A DNA stretch of 56,342 nt, filler included, from Sphacelaria rigidula (taxonomy: Eukaryota), in the NCBI GenBank assembly GCA_964200075.2. It is 4 parts of 4 records of this genome, joined end to end, with 100 filler letters (N's around TTAATTAATTAA, not from the genome) between each part and the next. Parts side by side here need not be neighbours in the genome. Positions count along the whole stretch, not along the records: positions 1 to 14,017 come from CAXNAA020002512.1; positions 14,118 to 28,128 come from CAXNAA020002513.1; 2 more parts are not named here. The stretch is one strand, 5' to 3'. Made by a program: the position numbers and the translations under genes. The notes below the pieces were generated by a model. That model worked only from the letters and a program-made list of their open reading frames with translations. It was not told the DNA's origin and made no database searches. Below are positions 12,301 to 25,574 of this stretch, piece after piece; position 1 is the first letter of the stretch, and every line of letters starts with the position of its first letter.

Positions 12301-14017
12301 GCCGACTAACTGAACCCGATGGACCCAGCGTGTACCCTATCCGGCGTTTCTCAACGCCCATTTACGCCCTTGACCTTCATTGCCCAGAGGCGGGTATGCA
12401 CATGGGTGGCCCCCGCCCCCTACCGTATGATGCGGTCTTGGATGGGCCCACAGACGCCGATTTCGCCGATTTCCGTACTATCGGTCCTCGCGCAAAAATT
12501 GCAGTTTCGCCTCCTCCAGTTGTCCATCTCATTTCCAACAACACGCGCTCTCGGTCTGCCGCCGGCGCTAACCCTCCCCGCGCCCCGCCGCCACCGACAA
12601 CACCTACTGCTTCTGCGAGCAGCGTAGCGCCGGCTCCCCGCAACACCGCACCACGAGCCTTGACAATCCCCGCCACGCGCAGTTCTCACAACAAGCGCCG
12701 AGCGCGATCTCCGGCGCGCACTACGGCAACATCGCCGCCCGCCGCGGCCCCGTCAGTGCCCACCCCTTCTGATGCTCCCGATGTTCACATCGACGTTGGC
12801 ACCCCCCCCCCGTCGCCTGTTCCACCGCTTCACGAGCCACCATGTCTGGTCGGCTCTCCGGCGGAAGGCCACCTGCGCGAATTTCTCGCCAGTTACTCCC
12901 ATCGTGATTGGGCTCGTGAACAACAAGCAGAACCATTATGCCGCGCAACCATGCGGTACCTCCGTGCTGGCTGCCCTGCTCCTATCCCGGCTAATGTATT
13001 GGCCCCGATTGGCACACTGCCACCACCAAATACCGCTCAGGTGTACGAACTCGCGCGTAAAGGTACTCTCTTCACAACTGATGACAGAATCGAATTGCTT
13101 ATCCGTCGCCCTATGCCCCAGCGGGGCGTAACTTCACCCGCGCCCACTGGACGTCATGCACGACTACTCGACGATGAACCCACTCGGATATATGTCCCAC
13201 TCTTGATGCGACCGTGGGTAATGAAAGGCTGCCATACTGACCTGTCTTGACACCTTGGTGTCACGCGCACATTAGCGTTACTCGAACGCTTTTACTGGTG
13301 GATCGGTATGGAAGTGTCCACCCGTTTCCGGATTCGGCGCTGCTCCAAATGTCAAGCTCGCAAAACCTCACGACAGACTATACGTTGGCCAGTTATTTCG
13401 ATGGCACTTCCCAACGCTCCTGGTCACCTCGTGCCTTTCGACTATTTCGGTCCTTTACCGCCCACTGACCGTGGCAGCACCTACATCTTACTCTTTACCG
13501 ACCGTTTCAGCCGTCACGGAGCCATGTACGCAGTCACCGCTGGAGACTTCACAGCCGCGGGCACAGCTATTATCTTAGTTCATGACTATATCAAGCACTA
13601 TGGTTGCCCGAAACGGCTTCTCTCCGACAATGGTCAGCAATTTGCTCCGATCTCTCGGACGAACTGTATACGCTCCTGGGCATTCGAAAGATAGCTACGA
13701 GCGCTCATCGCCCTAATGGTAAGGGTGGTACTGAAAGAGTTAACCACACCATGGCCCAGATGTTGTCTGTGGTAGTCAACGATCGACAAAACGATTGGGA
13801 TCTCCATCTCTCACATGTCATCCCGTCTTATGACATCTCGATCAACGCTGCTACCGGCCTTTCTGCGAACGAGTTACATCTTGGCCGCTACCCCCGCCTG
13901 CCCATCACAGTGCTTGAGAGACACACCTTTGATGGCCACCAAGGCTTGGATCAGGATCAGATATCCTACCATGACCTGGCGCGTGCACGCCAGCGCAAAG
14001 CTTTCACTCTCGTGCGT
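9358..14017 (+). pseudogene. pol: Gypsy pol (protease, RT, RNase H, integrase), interrupted
   Basis: LLDSGS protease; SPWASPLVVVPKKDG, FSTFDLASGF, YLDD RT; LHTDAS, YTDH, NGNADLLSRLP RNase H; CSKCQARK, FDYFGP, LLSDNGQQF, GGTERVNHT integrase. Confidence 0.93.
10842..11285. mobile_element. 444-bp foldback MITE inserted in the Gypsy RT
   Basis: ~200-bp arms are near-perfect inverted repeats (aacagggaatcttacaaattgggg... / ...ccccaatttgtaagatcccgtgtt); flanks tttc/ttta; removal restores DLASGFIQNAIHP. Confidence 0.92.
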
Positions 14018-14117
14018 NNNNNNNNNNNNNNNNNNNNNNNNNNNNNNNNNNNNNNNNNNNNTTAATTAATTAANNNNNNNNNNNNNNNNNNNNNNNNNNN
14101 NNNNNNNNNNNNNNNNN
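14018..14117. other. Artificial scaffold linker N-TTAATTAATTAA-N (also 28129-28228 and 42236-42335)
   Basis: Identical spacer with stops in all six frames, flanked by Ns, three times. Confidence 0.95.
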
Positions 14118-14173
14118 GGCGCTCATTACTTTCTTTCCGTAGCTCATTACATTTCTTCCATACATTACACAAG
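14118..14173 (-). mobile_element. Fragment of LINE family A 3' region (LCNVWKK...NER)
   Basis: ggcgctcattactttc(t/c)ttccgta also at 52086-52109; abuts a G-run. Confidence 0.6.
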
Positions 14174-14469
14174 GGGGGGGGGGGGGATAGAGGGACGCAG
14201 GGTAAAGAGGAAAACAAGACAAAACGCTGGGCTAACATCTGGTACCAGTCGTGAAAGAAAATTCCAAACAGGCACCCTGCATCATGGCTCCTCCGGGCAA
14301 CAAGATAATAACAAATCGCAAGAAAGTCAAGAAAAAAAATGAAACAAAACAAAGCGGAACGAAACGAAACGGAGCAAACCATACAGACGAGGCATGCATC
14401 GGAAATCAGAGCAGAATTTTCAGGTATTGTCCTTCTTAGCAAGCAGCCCGGCGAAGATTGCATCGAACG

Positions 14470-14532
<63 letters not shown>
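14470..14532. repeat. (CT)n microsatellite
   Basis: Direct read. Confidence 0.95.
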
Positions 14533-14536
<4 letters not shown>

Positions 14537-14951
14537 GCTACCGATGCCTTGTTTCGCCTTGGTTTGCACGGTCGCCCAAGGGGTCAGGCTCTGGAGTGGT
14601 TGTCGAGGGTTAGGGTGAGGGAAGACGGAAGCCACGAAAGAACTCGCGTTGTTGTTCCCTATGACAACGTTCCACTTCGGACTCGAAGTACCATGTTGAA
14701 CAGGTGCCACATGAAGGCGGAGGCCACCATGACTACATGTCGCTTTACGAGTCCCCCCCCCCCCCCCCACCTATCTCGGGGGTCATTATTCACTCATACA
14801 CCTGGCGTCCGGAATGTTTCCCTAACACGAACAGTCTCACGTAATCACGGGCCGTGACATACCAATTTTCGTTTCAGAAAATCACCTGGCGAACCGTGTG
14901 AAGAAACCGACACTCTATGTGCTCTTTCTTTGCCGTCTCATTACACCGAAG

Positions 14952-17900
14952 GCGTTCGGGATCAAGCTGTCTCCCGATGAACTGGGCGCGGCTATTCACC
15001 TATTTGACAAGGACGGGGATGGCAAGGTCAGCTGCCCGGAGTTCCTCCTGACGTTCTTCAGAATCGGTGAGCTTACCAACGCGTCAAACTAATACGCGGG
15101 AGGGGATGTTACACAAGCTCGTGATGCTCCTGTGAAATGCGGGTATGACACGACAGTGGAAATAAATGTCCCGGGGTCAGAAACAGCAGGCGTTTGTCAG
15201 GATGGGGGCGAACCCCCTTATTTTCTGGGTTCCGGACCTGAAAGGATGAACGTTACACCACGGCACGCAATGAAACCATCATTGATTGATCGAGGGCCGT
15301 ACTCATGATGGGAATACGGGCACTATTCTGACAACTCGTCTGCGATTTCGGAATTTGTTTCTTTTCTTTTCTGTGCCCTTTTTTTGTATATCGATGTCGA
15401 TTGCGTTTTGCTCTTTTTCCGGATCGTCAAGAGTTGGTTCGCTTTCTACGCCTGCGACGCATATCATTTTGTTGGAGAAGGAAATATTCACCCCGACTGA
15501 TGAAGAAGGCGCATGCCCCTGCGTTCACCGTTACCACCATGCCTGTGCGGATTGCTGCGATACCTTCCGCGTGAGGAGCTACGTTGCTCGTTTTACACAA
15601 GGCATGAAATGTTGTATTCTCCGACGATTCTGCCTTGTTTCCACACGTCGTGAGTTTCACAGGTTTCCAAAACAAGGAGTTGCTCCGAGCAGAGCGGAGG
15701 GATCGCGACCGCGCGATGGCAAACCGTGCGGCAGAACGAGCAGAGGAAAGGGTGAGCAGGGAAATCATTTCCGCGCAAGTGGAAGAAACCGTTCTAGCAG
15801 TGAGATGTGAGAGTCCCCTTTACGATGTTTAGCTGGGAGATGATTGTTCTAGAAAACGCTATACCGAAGGATCGTCCACGGCTGGATTACTGGGGGGTCA
15901 GTCAAAGTGCGACAACCAACCAACCAATCACTCAATCAATCAACCAACCAACCAACCAATCAATCATCGGGTGAAGGTTTCACGTCGTCCATTTCGTAGC
16001 AGCATCATTGCATCGGAATATTCTTCGGTGCTGGAAGAAGGAAGCGGCAGATTGGTTTCCCACCAATTTGTGCTGCGGGTCGTGTTGTTACAACTATTGT
16101 ACAACTCCGTACGTCGACCTTCCTTCAACAGAATCGACTATTTCGATACGAAACGTCAGTCATTTTTGCAAGCACATACAAAAAGCGAGAGGTTATGGTT
16201 CCATAATATAAAATGAACAAGAACCCCCCCCCCCCGACTTGATATTCTTCTTGCACTACATTTTGATACGCGCACGAGTGAATTGTGCCACAACGCTGAA
16301 ACGCTCTCGGATCCACTGGAGACGATTAATTCCTAGACGTGATCGTATGCAAGGCAGCACGCGCAGCAATGTCAGTTGATCAGACCGTTACAACCAGCGC
16401 CAGGAGATGAAACGTGTTCACAATCCAATCGATGTGACCCCTATATCCCAATTTTCAGACAGATTTATGTCTTCCGAAACCCCTGGTTCATCATCACTGT
16501 ACCTCAGGAACAGATGCGGACAAGGAACATTCGGAGTCCTTTACTCTTTTCATTTGATGATGTCAGCTCAAATATTTCGTCGATTTGAGGCGAAAAAGGG
16601 TGCAGAGTAATCGCGTGTGCGTGCACCGTACTCTCCCCCAATAGGCGAATGCCGCGAATAAGTCACGCATGTGAGAGTCCCGACCAGATCTACACAGACC
16701 CAACCAATCCATCAGGATTCGATCTCGTGATATGAACGCATTCATCGTTGCGAAGAAGTTTCTTGGAAAAAATTGAACTACTACTGTGATGAAAGTTCAC
16801 CTCAATCAACGTTTGTTGCCGTTTGGATATTTTTTCAGCTGATCTTTTTCAAGACAGTGTGTCTCCCTCCCAGCCAGAGACGCATACGTTTCCCAACGAA
16901 GCCCCCATCTACCACATGGTCGGCCCAGCACTGTCGCCTTCTCCAAGTGATCACACTTTCAATATACTTTGACCATATAGTCTTCCTGGGTCTAGCTTCT
17001 GGGGTTTTAGCGGCTTGGTCCTCGGCAAACCTTGCTGCTGCGTTGTACTCCGCCCTCCAAACAAGATATCTGGTTGTGTGCCACGAACAGGAGCGGGAGA
17101 TTGAACGGCGAGCAGCCTTGAAGCTGTCGACAGATTTCGACGAAGAAGACAAGGCATCCGCCCTCGCGAAAATCTCAACGGCAGCGGCAAGGTAAGGCAT
17201 CCAGAGAAACAAAAATGGAAATATATCGTTGTCCCAGCGAATGCCTGGTTCCACCCGGAAGTTCTAGTTAGCTTACAAGGGGCGCTCCTTCACGCCGCCA
17301 TTTCAATATGCTCAGATGTGTTTGCTATTTTAACATGCTTCGACCGCAGGGAGGGTTGTGTAGATCTATGCTGTAGGACATGTTACAGCTTTCGGAGTCT
17401 CTCGTGTTCACTCACAGTGTTGCCCTACTCTATCCTTTCTCTTGATAACGGAATCCCACGTATTGTTTGCCGGGAATTGTTCGTTATGTGGGTTACACAT
17501 GCTGAAGGAAAAACGCTACTCTGAAGCAGTCACTCGTACTCCTGGAGTATGCGAACGAATTTCCCGAATTTACTATGATTCTCTCTTGTTTTCGTTAAGT
17601 TTTTCATTTTCTTGCACTTTTGAGCCCCTCCCCTTCCCTCGGAACGAGACCGTGGCATCGAGATGTTATTCCATATCTCCCGCGATCACTGTGAGTAAGT
17701 GGGTATATTTGCGCTGTACATGAGTGCAGGACATGACTCTCTCGTCGTGTTTCTTTCGTCTACCCTCTCCTGTCCATGCACCCTCACCATGTGTGTCGTA
17801 TTTGTTTTCCCGAACATAATATGCACACGTTCAACTATTAGGTATGATAAGAACCATCCGAGCTGCCTGGGGCTGGACGCGTTCGACGGAGCGATAATGC

Positions 17901-18367
17901 CACCGCACGTCTTCAAGGAGCAGCTCAAGAGGGTACGAATCGGGGGTGGAGGGATATATCTTGAAAATATTAAAAATAAGGATAATGAATAAGAATAACA
18001 AAAACAACAGCAGTGATAATATTCGTGAAAATAACAAAAGTAATAATGAAAACAAAAACAATAAAAATAATCAAAAGGAGAACAGTGGTCGTTGAAATAG
18101 AACAATAACAGCAACAACAATAATGAACATGAAAAAGGAGATATTAGCAGCAACAAGGATAATAATGATGACATGATGAAAAATATATTGCTGTCTCACG
18201 TAAAACATAAATAATGTCGGATAAATGCCTCTCTTCAGTACATCTCGAGACCGTAGGAATGACAATGACGATGATAATAGTAATAATAATAAAAATTAAA
18301 ATAATATTAATAATATTAATAATATATTTTATTAATATCCTTCTTCTTCTTCTTCTTACTATTATTT

Positions 18368-18415
<48 letters not shown>

Positions 18416-21400
18416 CATAATAATAATAATAATGATAATAATAATAATTATAATAATTATAATAGTAATAGTAATAATAATAATAATTACGATAATAACA
18501 TGTTGTAGTCTCACGCGAAACGTAAATGGTGTCGGATTAATGCCTCTTTTCAATACACTTCAAGACTATTCCTGTATTATTTTGAACCCCGCGATATCGT
18601 CGCACAGTTTTTTTTGCTTTCAACTTCGTGCTTCAGGTGGTTCTCTAGTTCCGCGTCATCTCGGGGCGGTTCGCCTCTGTCTTGTCTGAATTTGCAATAG
18701 CTTGATTTTTCGGCTGTTTACATCTTATTGTCGAGCGTCTCAATTTGGCGTCTCTCCGTACCGTTTGGCAGGTGCCTTGTGCGAGATCTTGAACTTAGAT
18801 GTCTGCTGTCCCGACGTTGTGCTGTGATGTTTACCTTGTCACCTCAAGCTTCTTGTCGCCGTGTTTCTGTCCCCCCGTCTTTTTCTCCGCAGGTATTCAA
18901 CATCAAGCTTACTCCTCTCGAGCTGGGTGCCCTGATGCAAGCGTTCGACAAAGACGGCGATGGAGCCGTAAACTGCTCTGAGTTTCTGTTGACCTTCTTC
19001 CGTATGGGCTTCGAGGCCAGACACAAGGCCCTTCGAAGGTCCGTATGTACAGGAAGAAATCGCACCGCGCGACACAACTCGGGTATCACTCGACGGTATG
19101 AAGATGGTCGTCACTTCAACTGTTCGCATCGTCTGTACATGCATGTTGTGGCCCTATCTATGTCAGTCAAAGTTTCCCGACGTTCTTGGTCCTTTGTTTT
19201 TGCTCTGATCATTCGTTGTTTTTTTTCCCTCTTAGTTTCTTTTCTTCGTCTACTCTCTTCTTTTCCTTTTTTGTTTTTTGTTTTAGATCGGTCATTTCTT
19301 TCTGCGCTTTCCCCTTTTTTTTTCACGTCTTAGTCCACTATGTCTTTCTGTTCGACTCTTGTCTGTTCCTTCTTTTTCTTCAGAGAGTGTTTCAGTTTTT
19401 TTTTGTTGGTACATCTACTATATGATCACGGCTGGACCCCTGAGGGGTCAGCTAAAGTGTGACAATCAATCAATCAACTCCGTCTGTTTTGCCCTTCTGT
19501 TTCATTTACTCCTCTTCAGCGAGTGGTTCTCAGATTGTTTTCATCTCGGTGACGTCAATCATGTGGAGAATGACCACGGATGGATAATGACTACCTGGGG
19601 GATCAGTGAAAGTGGATAATGATAAATCAACCGAATCAACCAATCGTCACCTCTTGCGATTACAACACTGCAATCGACTCCAGAACACGTGGTTTGCGAT
19701 GACCTCGGTTGTCACGCTCTTTAGTCCAAAAGCGCCTACAAAACACGACGCAAAACACGCACACCCAAACAAGTCCAAAAAACGCCAGTAGGTGTTCGTC
19801 TCAGTGAGCTAGCTTCCTCGATAACGACGGAGGTTTGAGTGAAGGGATCTCCTGTCAAAAATGTAACGTATATTACTTGCTCGTGAGATTTCCTACACAG
19901 ATGCGGAATAAAGAGGTGAGGCTCTTGTAACATGCCACCAGAGGCCGTGAAGGAAAAATAAATAAATACATATATACATGTACACATACATGCGAGCTTA
20001 CCCACTAGTTCTGATACATACGTACAGTACGTGCATCGTATCAGATGTTCACGTTTTGCTGTGAAATCATGAGTTAGTACCGAGCGATGGTTGATGCCTG
20101 CGCGGCTCACTCCACGTGTACGTTTCGCCAGCACAGTAACAGCTCCCACGCAAATCGCGGGCTACGCCCGACTTTCGCGGCTGGCATCGCTTCCAGTAGA
20201 GTTGGTCACACGTTACCTTGAGACATGAAGCGCAATGTTTTACAAGCGACTCATCGTCAATATGTGGCAGGAGGCGGGCGGTAGAGGCCATGAACTCGAA
20301 ACGTATGGCAGAGGAAGAAACCCGACGCCTCAGGGAGAACGAGAGAAGAAAGTGCCAAGCGGTCCTCGCCCCATACACCGACAAGGTTGAGTATTTTGTC
20401 GGGATTGGCTTCGTCATCATGCTTTCCAACTTCTTCCCTTTCTCGGGGAGGACCCGCAGTCTGAAGGGGTTTAACCGTTGCTCCCTGCCCGGTGCTTGCC
20501 TAAGAATTTGTCGCCGAAGATCAGATTTCATATTCCCACTCTCGTCGACACTCGTCGAATGTTCTTTTGCTGCTCATGTGTTCACGCTTTTCGTGGCGGA
20601 AACTCGATTGTGCTTAACACGACCGCAAATATCTGGATTCACACCCGGGATCTTCTGTTCTATCCAGCTAGCGGTCTGCCAGGTGGACCACTGAGGCGCG
20701 GCGGCACCTAGGTTGAGTACGCCCAATACTTCTTGACGAGAATTATTGACGGTATTTTCTCAGCTAGTGGGAAAAAAAACAAAAGCACGTCATATGAAGA
20801 GTCTTGTATTTTTAGTTTTGTTTGTTTTTTTCCCTTCCGTCCCACTTCAATCACCCCCGCTTTCTCGGGACGTGTCCCGGCGGTTCCAAGGGAAAGTCGA
20901 TCCCCATCTCTCCCCAGGTGTACGCCTCACGGTTTGGTATCGCGGGACGGATCAGCGATCCCGGGCTGCGTCGATTCTCACCTAACACACCTCGCGAGGC
21001 AAAGCCTTGTTTCTGCTCGCGTCCTCACGTAGTCAATGGCGAAGATCAGACACTTTGAGAAGAAAAATCAAGACTCAACCCACGTGCGGGATTTTCGAAC
21101 CCATGTGCTTGTTCTTCTTCGACCTGATGGTGTCAGGAGTACCATGAACCAATGGGGCTCGGCGAAATCATAGATTTACATCGAGTGCATGAGTGGAATT
21201 CGCTCGAAGACAGTCCCTTACAGTATCCACTCACGGAACGTGACGGCACGTACGCTTGCCTGGAGCATCTGCATGTCAGTGCAGTCAAATCGGGTACTGA
21301 GATATTTGGGGCGATACTTTGAGCAGAATGGGACGCGGCCTCACGATACTGTATCGGCATTAGCGTGTCCCCCCCGTTCTTTTATCCATGACCCTGTTTG

Positions 21401-22000
21401 TGCTGTTCGACGCTTCCCTGTTTGCCGTCCTCCCGAGGAATCTGCAGAAGGTAGTTCGTCTGCCAGCACGCCCGCCCGCCCCGAACGAAGGTTGAGATTT
21501 CGGTTTGTGTGAAACATCCACGTGAATGCTTCGAACCTTGTACGATCTTTGTCCATGAGCATGTTACCTTTGGATATAGCGTATGATCACGAAACGTACA
21601 TCCCACCATGTTTCGAGCATGTAGCTGAGAATGGTTACCACAGGATGAATTCATAACCCGCTGCTGCCGTAACATGCCGTGGCTGTTCGTTATCCTGTCA
21701 GTAAACTACGCTGTGCTCAGCCTTCGCCACCCCCATACGTCTACCTATATTACGATCAACCTGAGCGGAGTCATTTGGAAGCATTGCTCGGGACGTATCA
21801 CAACTTGGCGATCTGTCTTACTTCCTTCCCCCCTGCAGCGCTTGTCCCTGCCGTTGGTATTGTGCTGCGTGACCCTACCCTCGGTGGGCGCGTGCATGAT
21901 GTGAGGAGTACTCAGGACCAACCTTGTCACGCTCATTACCGCCCCGGCCGCCAGGCTGTGCGATACTCATTTACTACAGTTTTCCGTTGTTGTTATTATT

Positions 22001-22035
<35 letters not shown>

Positions 22036-23678
22036 CCTCAAATCAAAACCTTTCCGATATCTCCGCAGTACTCTGTACGGGGCCGTGGTCACACGCTAAC
22101 TACCCCAGGCTAGGGTAAAAGAGAGTCAAAAATAAGATCGGACCCGGGAAAACATCACACAGACGCGATACAAAAGAAAAAACAAAAATTATGCAATGCA
22201 AAGAAACCTTGTCCTGACACGGTTGGACATAGGACCATGGTGTACAACCGAACTGTACGATCGTGAAAAACTGAGCAAAACGGGCGGGTAGAGCAAAATC
22301 AAGATGACGTCGTCATTCGGTGTCGCACACGCGGAGCACCTATCTCCTCATGCATGTATGCGCTACTCCGTCGTCCCCGGCTCACTCGCGGACAGCTCTT
22401 TGCCCTCGACGGCGGTGAGGAGGTCAACTGTCGAAATTTGAATTCAGTAAATGTTAAGCGTGGTCGTACGTTATATTTGCACCTACTGAACAATGCAATG
22501 ATATAGGATCTAGATGACACGTTGGACATGTTGATCGAGGCGGCCGCACGCTATGACCGGAGGCAGCTAGGACTAGCGGGGTCCAAAGCGTGGGAGGTGA
22601 GGATGACATGTCCACCTGGCAGCGTCGTAAGTCTCGCCAGAACATCGACGATGATGACCAATAGCGGTACGTACCGAACTCCACATAGAGCCTATCATTA
22701 GTGGACATCACGTGCACCCTGTCTGGGAGTATGGTCTACACGTACCTGACCCACAGGTTGTTTCGGCGGCGTTGAGTTTGTTGCACAGCCTCGCTACCGT
22801 ACCTAAACCCCTGGCAGAGACCTGCCGCGGGCTTGCGAGCGACCGTCACTAGTCTGTAGCCTAGCGGCTATGCTATTTCTACTTTCCCCCCTCCTTTTCC
22901 CTCCTTCCTTTTCACCCATTTTCCGATCCGTTCTCTTGAGCGAGTGTCTTTCTAACATATGTCTTGGTTACGCCTTGCTTGTGACCATGGCTCGATTCAT
23001 CGTCGCGGATAGGCTATTAAGCGGCGGTCAATCCCATCGACCGACCAACCAGCTGATCAATTCACTCCCGAACACGAATGCTTGCACGAAGATAACCGCC
23101 CAAATCGTGCAGTGGGCGGAATAAGTCTAGTCAGACTCTGTTGCAATCCTGACGCTATTGCATGTGTGCGCACATAACCGTCGATTTCTGTCTCTCAAAT
23201 ACCTACAAACCGGAGGGAAGTGGACGCGTTCTCCGTCAACCAAGGGTTGCAACAAAAGGGGGATGTGCAGTAGTGGACTAGGTGGTATGAGGATTTCAAC
23301 AGACTGAGGGACCCGTGTATAGTACGGACGTGTTTCATGAGGCGACATCAAGATCATTTCAATATTCTTGAAATCAAGTCAGGATGTCCGTGACTTTAGT
23401 GTACGCTTTTCAAGCGCGGTGTGTCGGTGCTATGTATCACCATCAGCTTCCGACGTGATGATTTTGAATATCTCTCTCAATTAAAATATTGCTAATCTAT
23501 TATTTTCCCCGATACATCTGCCTACAATCGCTACAGACGAAGTGCATGGACCCTTTCGAGTTGAAGGAAGCCCTGCGGCTCACGTTTGACATGAAGCTCG
23601 CGCCGCGTCAGCTGGGAGCGCTGGCGCATCTGTTCGGCGCCGGCTCCGGGTGTGGGGACGACGAAGATTATGAAGGCG
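14952..23678 (+). CDS. Multi-exon EF-hand / coiled-coil repeat protein (partial; start and stop not found)
   Basis: Eight AG/GT-bounded exons with consistent phases: 14952-15066, 15663-15751, 17091-17191, 17842-17932, 18893-19038, 20271-20385, 22507-22596, 23537-23678; ~296 aa open; EF loops DKDGDGKVSCPE and DKDGDGAVNCSE. Confidence 0.9.
15893..15967 (+). repeat. Non-LTR 3' end with (CAAC/CAAT)n tail; related ends at ~19444-19477 and ~19598-19645
   Basis: ggggtcag(tc/ct)aaagtg(c/t)gacaa followed by a caat/caac microsatellite. Confidence 0.6.
17965..18560 (-). repeat. Two tandem copies of a short retroposon-like end with long (AAT)n tracts
   Basis: gtctcacg.aaaac.taaat..tgtcgga.aatgcctct.ttca.taca at ~18193 and ~18508, each preceded by AAT-rich microsatellite. 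Confidence 0.7.
20808..21155 (-). mobile_element. tRNA-derived SINE
   Basis: Minus strand: A-box-like TGGTTCATGGTA, B-box GGTTCGAAAATCCC, body, A-rich tail. Confidence 0.65.
21985..22240 (-). repeat. (TTG)n microsatellite, probably the tail of a decayed SINE
   Basis: TTG/TTA repeats at 21985-22033; adjacent unique body with only a weak B-box-like segment. Confidence 0.5.
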
Positions 23679-24571
23679 GTAGGATACCTGCTTATTCGCG
23701 CTGTCCCTGAACTAAGATCGAACTGTTGACCTATGCTGCCCGGGGTGTTGCGTTGGTTGACTTCTTCTTCTTCTCTTCTTCTTCTTATTCATTATCCAAT
23801 CTCTAATCTTCTCTAATCTAATGTATTATTACGCTAAATGTCTCGCCGCTTGATACTGGAATCAAGTAAGCGTGTGATCCTTCTCGGAACACTAATTTAC
23901 GTCAAAACAAACCTTCCATTACTACGACAAAGTAAACAGCTCGGCAAGAGTCACAAAAAAGAAGGCGGAGGCGGAGTAGTTCAACGCACGGAAGGTTTTT
24001 CGTCCGTTTGTGTGGTTCATCTGTGTGGGGGGTTCGTTTCGCTGTTTCGCCGTGCTTGTGCTTGCCGTGTCGTGTGCGATATGATACGCGCAATACGATG
24101 CGACATGATGGGCGCGGTATGATGCACCGTCCCTCTTGTGCAGGGTGGATTGAAAACTGCATCATTGGTTGCGGGCGACACTACCCCAGCGGTCAACAAC
24201 TCTGTTTGCAAGCAGAGGAAGCCCGACCAAGTCATGACAGCCGCCGTCAATCAATCCAGTAATTCCTCACCATTTTATCGTACCGCTCATGGTTAGGCCC
24301 ACCGATTCCTTTCAGCTAGCACCACCGTCCCAAGATGAGCGGTTTTCTCCGGCAAGCATGGCATTGAGTAAACACCGGTTGTTCGTTCGCGTAAAACCAG
24401 GCGTGCTGCGCTTGTGGCGTGTTCTGTCCACAATAATGCCCCCATGTAAAACCAGGCGTGCTGCACGTGTGGCGTGTTTCGTCGCGTTGGGTTGGAGCTG
24501 TTGCGTTGTAGACGTGTAACGTCCGTCAGTCATGTCAGTCGTTGAGATTTCCAGACATCTCTCCTACTACG

Positions 24572-24780
24572 AGAGGTATCAAAACTCGGCTCCCGGTATA
24601 ATGGTGTATTCGCTGGGTCTGAGTTGTGCACTGCTTTTTCCAGTGAAAGTGATCGCGATTCATGAGAGGACCTGACCTGGCAGTCGAACGGTCTCATCAT
24701 CTGATGAATCGGCATCACTTTCACTTGAAAAAATGAACAAAACAGACCAGGATACCGGGAGCCGAGTTTGAGATACCTCT
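24572..24780. mobile_element. 209-bp MITE
   Basis: TIR agaggtatcaaaactcggctcccggtat / ataccgggagccgagtttgagatacctct; flanks actacg/actaag (possible 6-bp TSD). Confidence 0.7.
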
Positions 24781-25574
24781 ACTAAGACCACTTTGTATGG
24801 CAGTCGAAAAAACGAATCTATACGCAGATCAGGGGACCTTAGATCCGGAAACGCATTGTATGGGCCCCAATTTGAACCAAATCGGGGAAGCTCAGATTCG
24901 TTTGTCACGATTTCAGAACGGTTTTACACTAATCTGAACCCAGATCCGTGGAGAATCGAGGTCCCCCGAATCTGTAGCAACTGGAGTACGTATGTTGACG
25001 TACAAGGATAGGGCAACAGGCGTTTGGTATCCTTGGAACAACAGCAGCAGACAGTCTCGTGACAGCACAGACAGTGCCTGTTAGCGCCGGCTGCTGGAGC
25101 AGCTCCACACGGGGTTTGGCAAGCGGATAAGAAGTGTTGACGCCGTATCTGCGGTGATGGCAATTTTTTATGCTACACAATACTGATGTATGTATAATCA
25201 TGACGAACGGTACTGTACAATCGAGCACTCTGCTGTCGCGGTACTTGCAGGGTGATGAATGACACTGCACTCGTGAACCCTTGCCGCACACTGTGCACTG
25301 TTCTCGCAATGCCGACTGTACCATCATGTGTTACCACAGGGCATTTTCGTGTACTGTGATTTTGGAGTGTACTGCACTGCATCATACCCAAGAGTATCAT
25401 GCTACGACGCTGCTCTTGAAGGATGAATCCCTGCCTCCCTGTTCTTCGACTTCACTGTGATACCACACCCGCCAAGAAAATGACCGTTCGTGTACAGAAC
25501 GGTTTAAAAAATATGTGAAGCCATACAGGGGTACACACAAAAATAAAGCGTAGAGATTGCGGATAAACTTCACA

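Larger units (their letters stand above)
5790..14017 (+). mobile_element. Ty3/Gypsy LTR retrotransposon, decayed, 3' end lost in gap
   Basis: Domain order gag (CCHC)-protease-RT-RNaseH-integrase; no paired LTRs visible; left boundary approximate. Confidence 0.93.

Noticed and set aside
14018-14117. TTAATTAATTAA palindrome recurring three times
   Set aside because: Embedded in N-runs; an assembly linker. Adjacency across these joins is not guaranteed
18362-18553. Poly-Ile, Leu-Ser and Glu-Arg ORFs
   Set aside because: Translations of microsatellites
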